Assembly: GCA_964617975.1 (NCBI GenBank)
Contig: CAZUAP010000001.1
Coordinates: forward strand, 1 to 39,558
DNA from: an uncultured Acetatifactor sp.
Lineage (GTDB): Bacteria > Bacillota > Clostridia > Lachnospirales > Lachnospiraceae
Direction: 5' to 3'
DNA: 39,558 bases
The first letter of the stretch is position 1. Each line of letters opens with the position of its first letter. Below are positions 9,277 through 18,773 of the stretch, piece after piece. Both the position numbers and the translations under genes were made by a program. The notes beneath the pieces are model-generated. The model did not search any database, was not told where the DNA came from, and saw nothing but the letters and a program-made list of their open reading frames with translations.

Positions 9277-10403
9277 TTAATCTTCTTTGAAATCTTCTGC
9301 TGCCGTATTCATGATCGGACGCTTGTCCGTGATCGGCACTAATGTCGGTTTGCCCTGCGGCTTATAGGTAAGCCCGCCGAGCAGTTCTTCAAACCTGCCC
9401 TTGCCGAGCAGCTTAGTCATTGCCGTGATTCCCAGAACCTTGTGTTCATAGAGATCGTATCCGGCGTTCTGCACCGTCTGCGCGACGGCATCATCGTTTG
9501 TATACTTCCTGTTGGAGCGTCCTTCGACAACCTTCCAGCCCTGCCACTGCTTTCCCTGCAACGCTGCCTGGAGCGCAAACTCCTTCACGTCACCCGCCCA
9601 GGAGATCAGTTCGTCCACCCTTGCAAGAACAGCCTCGATCTCGGCATCCTCCAGGTTGGCTGGAGGCTCGAAGTCATATCGGGCAAGTTCCAGGTTGTAC
9701 TCCGCCCGTTTCCTGCAAGTGGCTTTCACCTTGCAGAACTGGCAGTGTTCTCCGGCGCAGTATTCGCCCCGCCCTTGGCGGCAAGCACTGCGGTCGGCGC
9801 AAGCACATCCTTTGCCCAGGTGAGCAGTTCCTCCTTGGAGATGGTGTATGTGCTGACGTTCTCGCGCCTCGGCTGGAAGATGGTCATGGATACCGTATCG
9901 ATATCGTAGATCCCATCAAACAGCGCCAGCGCGCCGAGCGCATAGCACATCATCTGCGGATTCCTTTCGGCTTCGACCACGATGCCCACGCCGTACTTGA
10001 AGTCGATCACCGAGAGCGTCCCGTCCCCAACGATGACGCAGTCCCCGGTGCCGAAGCCCTCCGGCACATACTCGGAGAAGTCAAGCCGCTGCTCCACCAG
10101 AACGATGGGATCGGCGCATTTCTGCTTTGCCGCCTCGACCTGCTCCTGTACGAACTCCGCGTAGGAATCCGAACAGTCCGCCATCTCCTCATCAAAATAG
10201 GTAAGGTTCTCGGTAGGGTCTTCGGCTTTCTGCCCCAGGGCTTTCAGTAACTTGTACTCGCAAAGGCTGTGCGCGTCTGTACCCTGCTGGGCATACTCGC
10301 TTGCGGTATCCTTCACCCCGGCACAGGCCAGAGCGGAAGGCGGACAGGCAAGCCACCTGTGCGCCGAGGATGCGGAAAGCACCGCGTGTTTCTTCTCACT
10401 CAT
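9277..10403 (-). pseudogene. DUF2800 (Cas4-like PD-(D/E)xK nuclease), split by a 1-bp frameshift near 9768
   Basis: The 5' ORF has HAVLSASSAHRWLACPPS, GFGTGDC and IDFKYG. Adding one base in GGC G-G GGC restores G(x)GEYCAGEHCQFCKVKATCRKRA, in frame with the 150-aa ORF. Confidence 0.85.
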
Positions 10404-10780
10404 CCCAGCACCTCCGCGTCCGCAAGCAAAGCCGCATACTCCGACTCCGGCACTTCCGACAGCCTGTCCGCGCCGTGCTTGGTAATCAGTGCCTTGACCT
10501 CTTCCGTGAACCCGGCTCTGGACTTCTCGGCAAGCACCGCCCTGACGTCCGCAAGAGTGAGCTGCTTTTCCGGCTCTGCGGGCTTCTCAGACTCCTTTGC
10601 GGGAGCGGTCTTCGCCGCCTTTGCCTTGCCCTTCGGCTTCTCGGCAGGTGTTTCCTGTGCCTCCGACGTTTCCTCGCCGCCGCTGAACATCTCGCGGAGC
10701 GTGTCAGAAATGCCGATCAGGATTTCACCGCAGTGGCGCAACTCATCAAGTTCTGCTGCAAGTTGGCTCATTTTTGACAT
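10400..10780 (-). CDS. Phage hypothetical protein usually found upstream of DUF2800
   Basis: C-terminus LTLADVRAVLAEKSRAGFTEEVKALITKHGADRLSEV. ATGA overlap with DUF2800. Confidence 0.8.
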   Translation of the reverse strand: MSKMSQLAAELDELRHCGEILIGISDTLREMFSGGEETSEAQETPAEKPKGKAKAAKTAPAKESEKPAEPEKQLTLADVRAVLAEKSRAGFTEEVKALITKHGADRLSEVPESEYAALLADAEVLG

Positions 10781-10982
10781 CCGTTTTTCCTCCTTCCTTG
10801 ACCTCACTGATGTTCACGGATTCGACTGTCTGCCCCGGCGAGAGGAGGTAGACCTGCTGGAAGTCCCCGAAGAGGAACCTCACGAGCCTTGCAGGGAGCT
10901 TCATATCCGCCCCGCGAAGCACGGCAGCCTTCTTTCCGTTCGGATCAGTGACATTGATGGTGATTCTGTGTTTCATTGCCAT
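10746..10982 (-). CDS. Phage hypothetical protein
   Basis: RBS GAGGTG. First gene after the 44-bp repeat. Confidence 0.65.
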   Translation of the reverse strand: MAMKHRITINVTDPNGKKAAVLRGADMKLPARLVRFLFGDFQQVYLLSPGQTVESVNISEVKEGGKTDVKNEPTCSRT

Positions 10983-11017
10983 GTGTCACCTCGCTTTCTG
11001 TAAGGTCATCTGCCTTA

Positions 11018-11061
11018 CAAGTCACAGTCAAAGAAAATGGGCGGGATTTTAACCCCGCCCG
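11018..11061 (-). promoter_or_regulatory. 44-bp repeat, copy 2
   Basis: 42/44 identical to 6379-6422. Immediately downstream of the sigma-like gene. Confidence 0.6.
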
Positions 11062-11067
11062 GAAAAA

Positions 11068-11616
11068 TCACATTTTTTCTTTCTGTTCCTCGATCCGATC
11101 CATCGCTTTCTTCAGATGCTTGTTGATGTTCGGAATGCTTGTCCCCAGGATGTCCGCCGCCTCGGTCTGCGTGTGTCCCACGATCTTCACCAGACGATAG
11201 ACCTCGCGTTGGATATCGGTCAGGAACCACAGGATGCGGTCGAGCATCTCCTTTTCGGTCTCGTCCTCAGTTTCCATGTAGGTGCAGGTCTCTGAAAGGA
11301 TGCGGCTCTTGTCCAGCTTGTCCTCATCGCCATCGTCCCCGGCCATGTAGTCAAAGGATAGGTTCCAGTTTGCCGGATACCGCTCTCCGGGATGTTCCGC
11401 CTCCCATCTCTTTTTCTCCGCTTTCTCTGCACCCGTCAGCGGCGGCCGACTGTTCTTGAGGTTGTTGTATACCTCGGCATCGTCCAGAGAGTGCAGGATT
11501 TTGATATCCGCCTCGGTCACACCGTTCTCGCCCGGACGGAGGGTGACGCTTGTGCCGTCATTGAACTGAAATGTGTAAGTGCCTCTCTTGTCCCATTTTG
11601 TCTTCTTGGTTTTCAT
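11068..11616 (-). CDS. Sigma-70 region 4-type HTH regulator / phage sigma-like factor
   Basis: C-terminal LTDIQREVYRL...TQTEAADILGTSIPNINKHLKKA. Start at MKTKKT behind GAAAGGA. Confidence 0.8.
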   Translation of the reverse strand: MKTKKTKWDKRGTYTFQFNDGTSVTLRPGENGVTEADIKILHSLDDAEVYNNLKNSRPPLTGAEKAEKKRWEAEHPGERYPANWNLSFDYMAGDDGDEDKLDKSRILSETCTYMETEDETEKEMLDRILWFLTDIQREVYRLVKIVGHTQTEAADILGTSIPNINKHLKKAMDRIEEQKEKM

Positions 11617-11975
11617 TGATTGTCCTTTCCCCTGATTCTTGGGAAAGGGCAGCAGATACAGATAAAGGCCGGAGTGCCACAGGAGCCGCTCCGACCTTAC
11701 AGCCTGCAAAAGGGTATAAGGAAGAAAGGGTACTCCATATCGCACTTTCGCTGCCGCAGCAGCTTGTCCGATATATGTATCCTTTGCCCTTATACGTAAT
11801 CAGGCATTGAAATATTTTGTTATGTAAAAGCGGTCTGACCGCCTGTTACCTTGTTTGTCCGGCTCCTATCAGGTAGCCTTGGGAGAAGGGAAAATCTGAC
11901 GGTTTCTTTCTACTTCCTACCGAGAAATTCAACCTCTCGTATTCCTCATTTTACTCAGTATTTCTGATGTTCCCA

Positions 11976-11990
11976 GGACACCAGGTGTCC
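11976..11990. promoter_or_regulatory. Palindromic operator-like site GGACAC-N3-GTGTCC (copy 1)
   Basis: GGACACCAGGTGTCC. Same consensus as 12096-12110. Confidence 0.5.
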
Positions 11991-12024
11991 GGGAAAAGAG
12001 CGTAAAAAGCCCCGAAAAAGCAAC

Positions 12025-12075
12025 AAAAAAAGCCCCTCCGCAGGACTTCTGTTTGCGAAGTCCCGCAGAGAGGCT
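12025..12075 (-). terminator. Probable intrinsic terminator after the peptidase-HTH gene
   Basis: Imperfect long stem (AGCC..GGACTTC / GAAGTCC..GGCT) followed by T7 on the minus strand. Confidence 0.6.
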
Positions 12076-12090
12076 CTACGGCATATATTT

Positions 12091-12115
12091 TTACCGGACA
12101 CAGTGTGTCCGGTAA
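12091..12115. promoter_or_regulatory. Perfect palindrome TTACCGGACACA-G-TGTGTCCGGTAA (operator-like, copy 2)
   Basis: 12-bp perfect arms; core GGACAC-N3-GTGTCC. Confidence 0.55.
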
Positions 12116-12131
12116 GACTCAAAAAATATTT

Positions 12132-14033
12132 TTATTCTGCGTCCGTATCCACGGCAAGGGGATCAAGTCCCTTCGCTACGAGAAAGGCATTGCAGTCCCT
12201 TACAGAGTACATGAAGAACTTATTAATAAAGGCGTTATATAAGATATGTGCATCATTTTCTGCAAAACGGAAGCCGAAACCTGACTTGCTTATCATGGCT
12301 TGGCTTACTTCCGGTGGAAGATGCATGCCGATACATAAGGCAACCACACTCTCTATGTCCTTGGGGTAATCCGCCCGGTTTCGCATCCTTTGTATTTTCT
12401 TTCCGTTAATCAGGGATTCTTCAGATAGCTTCTCCTCAGTAATATCAACCCAAGTCATAAGATATGCCAGGGCGTCCTTGAAAGTCATCGGCTCAATGGT
12501 GCGAAGAACCTCGGTAATCTCCTTGTTCTGATTCAGGATGGCATCCGCCTCCGCCATAATGTTTCCGTTGATATCCTTGGAAAAGGAAGTCATGAACTCC
12601 ATCCCGGAATTGACATCGCGGAAGAGGACGCATTCCTTATAGAACTCTTCGCCGTACTTATTTTTCGCCTTTACCGTCAAATCAAAAGCAAGACAGCATT
12701 CATCGACATGAAGTCTGCCGTACTCTGTCATGCGGACGCCGCCGTCATCTTGCCTTGTGACATATTTAGGCTTATTCAGGCAGATGTGGGAATCAACAAA
12801 AACATAAGCACCCCGACTGATCTGTCCAGCCAATTCTGCATTGCTGAAATCGATGATAGCCGCGTCTTCCACGCTTATGCTAAAGGTTTGATTCTTAGCG
12901 ATAGAGCCTTTTCTGAATGCGTGGGGAGGAACATATCGTCCATCAATGAATGTAAAAGCACCTATTGCTTCTTCATACCCAGCATCGACCATTCTGATTT
13001 TAGCTGCTTGCCTGGATACACAGAAGAATGTCGCAAGAGCTTCAATCACCGGCTCCATCACATCCACAAGCTCAAAGGTACCTCTTTCTTTGCGGAACTG
13101 CTTAATATATTCGAATACCTTGATCTTAAAAGTCCCAAGAGGCATCTGAATCCTCGGTGCGAGGGTGTTGGCTTGCCACTCCATCCAGTCATTCGCAGAT
13201 CGGACAGTTGAATCCTTGACGCCGCCGACAACAAGGCAGCGAATCTGGGATGCTTCAGAGTTATAGAGCTGCTCCAGCTTGAACGCTTTCCTGTGCCTGT
13301 CCCAATGCACACATTCATGGACAATGGTGTTATTTACAGCGCCAAGGTTACGGAGATAATATGCTTTCGGATCAACAAGAATCGTTTTCGCGTCAAAATG
13401 CTCTGTAACGGTTTCTCCTGTCTCTTCATCGAACACTTCGATGTCGCAAGCCTCAAAGCATATCTGACCGAACACAGAAAAATCCGAAGTAATAGAACGC
13501 TGTTTGATAGTCAGTCCCATTTCTCTTGCCAACTCCGAAACGTCCAAAGCCATCGGAGTTTGCAGTGCTTTCGGATAATTCTTTCTCAAAAAAGCTGTAG
13601 CCGCCTCTTCAACCTGGTCTTTGTATAAAATCGGAACCAGAGAATCAGACAGGGGACGGTTATGCTTGGTTTTCTGATTATATGTGGTAACATTCAGAAT
13701 TTCAAAATCTGCGAGTTTCTTGTCCAGATCGCCGGTACAGCGAATATCAAACCACTGCGTTACAAGGTCTGACTCATCGTAATGCCGAGTTGTTTCAGAC
13801 ACTTCAATCTCAGCTTCGACAACCACGTCAAACAGAATCCGCATTTCCGGCTGATCTTCGACTCCTACCATTTTGACATCAATGTCGGATAATTCGGCGG
13901 CATCAATATTTGACACGACTCTTGAGTACAGATCGAGCCTATCGGAGTTTGCTTCTATGTATTCCTTAACAGCGGCAAACAGATCATCATAAAAATGATT
14001 TGCCACATATTCCTTAAATGATCTGTCTGCCAT
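12132..14033 (-). CDS. ImmA/IrrE-like zinc metallopeptidase with C-terminal HTH-like domain
   Basis: HECVH (HExxH), MEWQAN, LATFFCVSRQAAKIRM. C-terminal ITEEKLSEES...VALCIGMHLPP resembles an XRE domain. Confidence 0.85.
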   Translation of the reverse strand: MADRSFKEYVANHFYDDLFAAVKEYIEANSDRLDLYSRVVSNIDAAELSDIDVKMVGVEDQPEMRILFDVVVEAEIEVSETTRHYDESDLVTQWFDIRCTGDLDKKLADFEILNVTTYNQKTKHNRPLSDSLVPILYKDQVEEAATAFLRKNYPKALQTPMALDVSELAREMGLTIKQRSITSDFSVFGQICFEACDIEVFDEETGETVTEHFDAKTILVDPKAYYLRNLGAVNNTIVHECVHWDRHRKAFKLEQLYNSEASQIRCLVVGGVKDSTVRSANDWMEWQANTLAPRIQMPLGTFKIKVFEYIKQFRKERGTFELVDVMEPVIEALATFFCVSRQAAKIRMVDAGYEEAIGAFTFIDGRYVPPHAFRKGSIAKNQTFSISVEDAAIIDFSNAELAGQISRGAYVFVDSHICLNKPKYVTRQDDGGVRMTEYGRLHVDECCLAFDLTVKAKNKYGEEFYKECVLFRDVNSGMEFMTSFSKDINGNIMAEADAILNQNKEITEVLRTIEPMTFKDALAYLMTWVDITEEKLSEESLINGKKIQRMRNRADYPKDIESVVALCIGMHLPPEVSQAMISKSGFGFRFAENDAHILYNAFINKFFMYSVRDCNAFLVAKGLDPLAVDTDAE

Positions 14034-14040
14034 AAAACAC

Positions 14041-14961
14041 CTACTCTCTGTTCTTATTCAAAATGGGCAACCCCATCTTCTTTAGGAAGTCATTTGCATC
14101 AAATATGGTAATTGAATATGCCACGCCAAGAATGAGCTTGAATGCTCTGTCCGCCTTTTTCCCTCCGAGGCTGTACCCCGCAATGCTTACAAGCTGTTCT
14201 GCTATGAACGGATCTAAAGAAAGCCCGATGCAGATTGCTATCACGGTAGGGAGGGAAGGTTTATTCTCGCCGCTACGCAGCCGGGATATTGTTTTCTCAG
14301 ACAAGCCGGATGTTTCAGCAAGCTGCTCAACGGTAATCTCCCTTTCCTCCATCAACAGTTTCAAAGCATCTCCAAAATCATAGGGTAGATTGCCACCACC
14401 GCCTGTTGCGATCAGCTTTGTCCAGTCTTTGACAGACACCTCTGAAAACTTTCCAGCGTTCTTGATTTCAATTGTAAAACCACCAGGGCGTGCATGCATC
14501 CTATAATGGACGCCAGGGCTCTTTCTATACAAGACACCAGTTCGATATTTACGGGAACGTTCAGCATGGATGCAGTAATCTTCCAGCTTACTGCGAATAC
14601 TATCTTTTATGGAGATCCTTCCTGCAGTTACTTCTATACAATCCGGTGACCGCAGTACCATGTGTCCTTCAGCAAACACATATTTCCCAGTGTCCACACA
14701 TTTGCGGAACTCGGCAGATTCAGCATACCTGTCCAAAAGCTGAACAGGGGAGTATTGCGGTATTCCAACCCTTATTCTGACCGCCGAGCGCGGAGCGGTT
14801 TTTCCTACTCTAATTTTGGTGCCGGGTACTTTTCTCACTTCAACAGCATCCACAGTTTTTACAGCCACTCCACCTCTCGATACTTTCGGTGTCTTTTTCT
14901 TCGCAGATCCTTTTGATGGAGGCGCAATCTTATATCTGCTGCTTTTTCTGCTCTTAGCCAT
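14041..14961 (-). CDS. XRE-family HTH protein resembling the C-terminal half of the neighbouring peptidase
   Basis: ITVEQLAETSGLSEKTISRLRSG...PSLPTVIAICIGL. GKYVFAEGHMVL parallels GAYVFVDSHICL in the neighbour. Confidence 0.8.
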   Translation of the reverse strand: MAKSRKSSRYKIAPPSKGSAKKKTPKVSRGGVAVKTVDAVEVRKVPGTKIRVGKTAPRSAVRIRVGIPQYSPVQLLDRYAESAEFRKCVDTGKYVFAEGHMVLRSPDCIEVTAGRISIKDSIRSKLEDYCIHAERSRKYRTGVLYRKSPGVHYRMHARPGGFTIEIKNAGKFSEVSVKDWTKLIATGGGGNLPYDFGDALKLLMEEREITVEQLAETSGLSEKTISRLRSGENKPSLPTVIAICIGLSLDPFIAEQLVSIAGYSLGGKKADRAFKLILGVAYSITIFDANDFLKKMGLPILNKNRE

Positions 14962-14997
14962 ATTCTTCGCCTCCTTTCCATCTTCGAAAATGTTGTA

Positions 14998-16257
14998 TCA
15001 GATTCCGTTATAGTTCTCCCATCTCCAACGGAGAAATTCTCTATTCGTAAATGATGGAATGACAATCCGAGGTGGAATACTTGCTCCGTAATCCATCCTC
15101 GCCCTGTTTGATAACTCTATGTCGCCATCCGGGGAAATGCGGAGATGCCCAGTGTCAAACAAAGTATGTATATCAACTCGCATTGCGAATCCATTAGCAA
15201 CCGTATCTTCACCATTATACTTAAATGGTTTAATATGAGCGGCCTCCAGTATTTCCGGCATCATCACATTAGTTATGACGCACCGTTCACACGCCTTTAA
15301 CACGTCTTTGCGGAACGTGGCCTGATTTGGTCTGGTGATTCTTGTTTGAATTCTCTTTCTTTCAACCTCGGAAGTCACTTCGCTGGCACGAATCTGATCT
15401 AATGCTTTAAGTAATGACTCGTCCTTTGGCTGTGCGGAAATAATCTCCTCTATTTCGGCAAATATGTTGATGTTAATACGGTACTCTTCTTCCTCACGCC
15501 TTCTTGCATCAGACCTGATCAAATACCCATAGTTGCTCAGGAATAGCAGATACTCTCTTGCAATTCGGAAGTCATTTGCACCTTCGGCACAGTTTGGCCA
15601 ACTGATGAGAGAAATTTCTCCTGCGCGATACCAAAGAATAAAATTCACATAGTCCTGCAATTCAGCTTTTGCCCCGGAGAGAGGGATTATTATACGGACA
15701 AGTTCATCCGGCGTGATATATCCTTGCATCTGGTCAAGTTTTGTCAGTTCGCACATTATTTCTAATAGCAGCTTAAGCGGATGAAGAAGAATTCCCGCAG
15801 AATACCATCGCTTGCACTCCTCCTCACTTTGAATCTGCGGATTAGGCAAACGGAAGGTCTGAATTGTGATAGCGGCAAATTCGGTTTGAGAAATCTCGCG
15901 GTCCGCCACCTTCTGTCCAAATTCCGTCAATTGTATCCGTCCAGATCTATCGTTTGGAATTAAGCCTACCGCCCTCCAATATTGACTGCTGTTTCTTATG
16001 ATATTTCGCTCACCAACACGACCGCCAAGGTTAACCTTGATTGAGTCAGACACATCGTTTGATAATTCGAGCATCTCTTGTGCAAACTCCGGCGAACTGT
16101 ACTTCAAGTTCTGTCCGAGCAACTCCAGTTTTCTCATACGGAAAAGAACGCCTAACAGTATTACAGGATCGTTAAGCCGTTCTGTGCACTGGAGGCTTGC
16201 CCACTTCCATTTATAGTCCTGAAACGGCTTTGATGGTATATAATTCTTCGGGAACAT
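14998..16257 (-). CDS. Restriction endonuclease: N-terminal recognition domain plus C-terminal HNH (type IIS-like)
   Basis: FRKDVLKACERCVIT...LEAAHIKP...NGFAMRVDIHTLFD (HNH_2 pattern). Directly follows two methyltransferase genes. Confidence 0.8.
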   Translation of the reverse strand: MFPKNYIPSKPFQDYKWKWASLQCTERLNDPVILLGVLFRMRKLELLGQNLKYSSPEFAQEMLELSNDVSDSIKVNLGGRVGERNIIRNSSQYWRAVGLIPNDRSGRIQLTEFGQKVADREISQTEFAAITIQTFRLPNPQIQSEEECKRWYSAGILLHPLKLLLEIMCELTKLDQMQGYITPDELVRIIIPLSGAKAELQDYVNFILWYRAGEISLISWPNCAEGANDFRIAREYLLFLSNYGYLIRSDARRREEEEYRININIFAEIEEIISAQPKDESLLKALDQIRASEVTSEVERKRIQTRITRPNQATFRKDVLKACERCVITNVMMPEILEAAHIKPFKYNGEDTVANGFAMRVDIHTLFDTGHLRISPDGDIELSNRARMDYGASIPPRIVIPSFTNREFLRWRWENYNGI

Positions 16258-16260
16258 TGA

Positions 16261-17196
16261 TCATGCCTCCTTGTCTTCTTTATAGGAATTGAACTGTTTC
16301 GCAACTGCATACGCAAGAAGCGGAGGCACTGCGTTTCCTATCTGCCGGTATATTGAGGAATTATTGCCTTCAAACTCATAATCAACGGGAAAGCTTTGCA
16401 CTGAAGCAAGCTCGCGGCATGACATTCTCCTTTTACCGTTAGGGTGCGGTAGGATTACAACTCCTCCACGGCTATCACCTCGTGCAGTAACCGTTGGTGC
16501 TGGCTTTTCTGGATCAAGCAGCCTGTGCCCAATGTATCCGTTGATATTCAACTTATACTTCGAATATGTATGATTAGGAACACCATTCTCCGTATCAGGA
16601 TCTGGAAGGTCTTTCAGGGCTTCTGATACGCTCACCCATATTGGAAGACCATCCTCACCATCTTTGCTGTGTGTCGGTTTTGGAAACTCATATTCCCATG
16701 TAATATCCTTGCGAACACCGATGATGATGACTCTTTGCCGTGTCTGCGGGACACCATAATCAGCGGCGTTGAGAATTCTGTACTGTACCTTGTATCCTAA
16801 ACTCTCAAAATCCGCAAGAATCATCTTGAACACTTCTCCTTTGCCAAGATTTGTCAGCCCTTTGACATTCTCAGCCAGAAAGAATTTTGGCTTCTTATTC
16901 TCTATCACCCGGATAAGCTGTTTATACAACTCATTTCGCTCGTCACCTATATGTCTTTTTGTGTTTGCCACTGAAAATCCCTGGCATGGAAATCCTCCGA
17001 TGACAATGTCACAATCAGGGATATCTTCTGTTGATATGCTATGGATATCCTCAAGCACTATATGATCTCCCATATTTTTTTGATATGTATGAACCGCATC
17101 CTCATACAAATCATTCGCCCATATGACATCGTGTCCGGCCATTTTAAACCCGAGATCTAAGCCGCCGGCACCACTGAATAATGACACTACCTTCAT
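16261..17196 (-). CDS. DNA (cytosine-5)-methyltransferase, M2
   Basis: FSGAGG, GGFPCQ, ENVKG, QTRQR, RQIGNAVPP. Confidence 0.97.
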   Translation of the reverse strand: MKVVSLFSGAGGLDLGFKMAGHDVIWANDLYEDAVHTYQKNMGDHIVLEDIHSISTEDIPDCDIVIGGFPCQGFSVANTKRHIGDERNELYKQLIRVIENKKPKFFLAENVKGLTNLGKGEVFKMILADFESLGYKVQYRILNAADYGVPQTRQRVIIIGVRKDITWEYEFPKPTHSKDGEDGLPIWVSVSEALKDLPDPDTENGVPNHTYSKYKLNINGYIGHRLLDPEKPAPTVTARGDSRGGVVILPHPNGKRRMSCRELASVQSFPVDYEFEGNNSSIYRQIGNAVPPLLAYAVAKQFNSYKEDKEA

Positions 17197-18134
17197 AACT
17201 TCTCTTCCTTTTCGATCCGCATCAGATCTTGTCCAAGCAATTTTGCAAACAATACTGGGACGGCATTACCTATTTGCCTATAGCACGATCCGCGGACTCC
17301 ACAAAATTCGAAATCTTCAGGAAAAGTCTGAACGGACGCACTCTCTCGAACGGTTAGGCGTCTTTTTCCGTTATAATGTGGAATGGCGCAAACTCCACCG
17401 CCACCATTACCCCTTGCAAGAATAGTAGGAGAGGGCTTATCAGGATCAGTCTTGCGATGAGCTGTATAATCGCGGTACTCCACTTTGTACTTCGAATACT
17501 CATGATTCAAAATATTATTCGGTAAGTCTGGATCTGGAAAGTGACCTATTGCCTCCGAAATGCTTACCCATCGCTTTAAGCCGCCTTTTCCTTCCTTGTT
17601 GTGTGTCGGTATTGGGAATCTAAACAGCATTTCCTTGCCAAGATCGTGCCTCTGTCCAACGATGATTACCCTCTGTCTTGTCTCTGGAACTCCGTAATCT
17701 GCCATATTAACTAAATGCAAATCAGTGTAATATCCTGCGGCCTCAAAATCTGAAATGATTTGTTTTATGGCCTCGCCTTTACCAAGGGAGAGAATACCCT
17801 TAACGTTTTCTGCGATGAAGAAATAGGGCTGTTTCTCATGAATGACTTCATAGAAGAATTTATATAGGGCATTTCTTTCGTCATCAAGCATTCTAAACCT
17901 ATTCGCCTGACTGAATCCCTGACAAGGGAATCCGCCAACGACTACATCTGCTGTCGGTAATTCTGAAACATTGATGTGTTTTATATCATCAAGAACAATA
18001 TGAGTCCCGATGTTCTTCCTATATGTTTCTACTGCGTTTGCATCTATATCATTTGCCCATATCACAGTGTTTCCTGCTTGAATCAACCCAAGGTCGAGTC
18101 CACCAGCACCGCTAAATAAAGATAGTATTTTCAT
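17193..18134 (-). CDS. DNA (cytosine-5)-methyltransferase, M1
   Basis: FSGAGG, GGFPCQ, ENVKG, ETRQR, RQIGNAVP. ATGA overlap with M2. Confidence 0.97.
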   Translation of the reverse strand: MKILSLFSGAGGLDLGLIQAGNTVIWANDIDANAVETYRKNIGTHIVLDDIKHINVSELPTADVVVGGFPCQGFSQANRFRMLDDERNALYKFFYEVIHEKQPYFFIAENVKGILSLGKGEAIKQIISDFEAAGYYTDLHLVNMADYGVPETRQRVIIVGQRHDLGKEMLFRFPIPTHNKEGKGGLKRWVSISEAIGHFPDPDLPNNILNHEYSKYKVEYRDYTAHRKTDPDKPSPTILARGNGGGGVCAIPHYNGKRRLTVRESASVQTFPEDFEFCGVRGSCYRQIGNAVPVLFAKLLGQDLMRIEKEEKL

Positions 18135-18171
18135 AATAAACTCGACCTATTGGTCTTTTCTCCTTCCGCCT

Positions 18172-18366
18172 TCATTGAATGGCACTCTTTCCGCTATTCA
18201 CCCAATCACCAAGTTCTGATTTCTTAAATTTCCATAACCGGCCAATCTGATGCGCCGGAATGTCCGACTTTTGCCTTATCCACTTCCGCAATGTCACGGG
18301 CTTAATATTCAAGTATTTTGCAGCATCCTCAAGACTTATATAGTTATCTTCAATTTTTCCAGTCAT
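18172..18366 (-). CDS. Excisionase-like HTH protein, probable RM controller
   Basis: ISLEDAAKYLNIKPVTLRKWI...IPAHQIGRLWKF (HTH_17 pattern). First gene of the RM operon. Confidence 0.85.
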   Translation of the reverse strand: MTGKIEDNYISLEDAAKYLNIKPVTLRKWIRQKSDIPAHQIGRLWKFKKSELGDWVNSGKSAIQ

Positions 18367-18411
18367 AGTGTTCACCTCATATCCCGTGTGAATTCAAAAT
18401 CTTCAGATTAC

Positions 18412-18440
18412 ATTATAGCACAACGAAAGCGAATTTTCAA
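18412..18440 (-). promoter_or_regulatory. Sigma-A promoter of the RM operon
   Basis: TTGAAA-17 bp-TATAAT with extended -10 TG on the minus strand. Confidence 0.8.
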
Positions 18441-18587
18441 GTGATTGAGATGTATTTAGTGATATTTACTGATACGGAATAAACATAAAACAACCCGGTT
18501 GTCCGCTCTATAAATATAAATCGGAACAACCAGGTGCAAGATATGGTTTATTACAAAAAGCCCTCAACAGATTTGCTTTTTTCTTTT

Positions 18588-18758
18588 TCAGTGTCTATTG
18601 GCATTAATCGCTTTCAATACACGGATTAGTTGCCTAATCCCATCTTTATATTGAGCATCCTTTACTTCTTCTGGAAGCTCCGGAAACTTTGTTCCACATA
18701 TATAACAAAAAACCGTATCGTCTGGACTTAGCGTGCCACATTCTCTGCATTGTTTCAT
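18588..18758 (-). CDS. Short zinc-ribbon protein (third paralog, possibly truncated)
   Basis: MKQCRECGTLSPDDTVFCYICGTKF is identical to the N-terminus of 18774-19280. Confidence 0.7.
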   Translation of the reverse strand: MKQCRECGTLSPDDTVFCYICGTKFPELPEEVKDAQYKDGIRQLIRVLKAINANRH

Positions 18759-18773
18759 TTCCTCTCCCTCCAA

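Larger units (their letters stand above)
1..12120 (-). mobile_element. Prophage/phage-like element: early, replication and late-control module (continues beyond the left edge)
   Basis: Gene order sigma-like, DUF2800, DUF2815, PolA-family polymerase, VirE primase-helicase, VRR-NUC, SNF2, RinA-like, HNH is the typical order before terminase genes in Firmicute prophages. Visibly more GC-rich than 12-37 kb. Confidence 0.9.
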
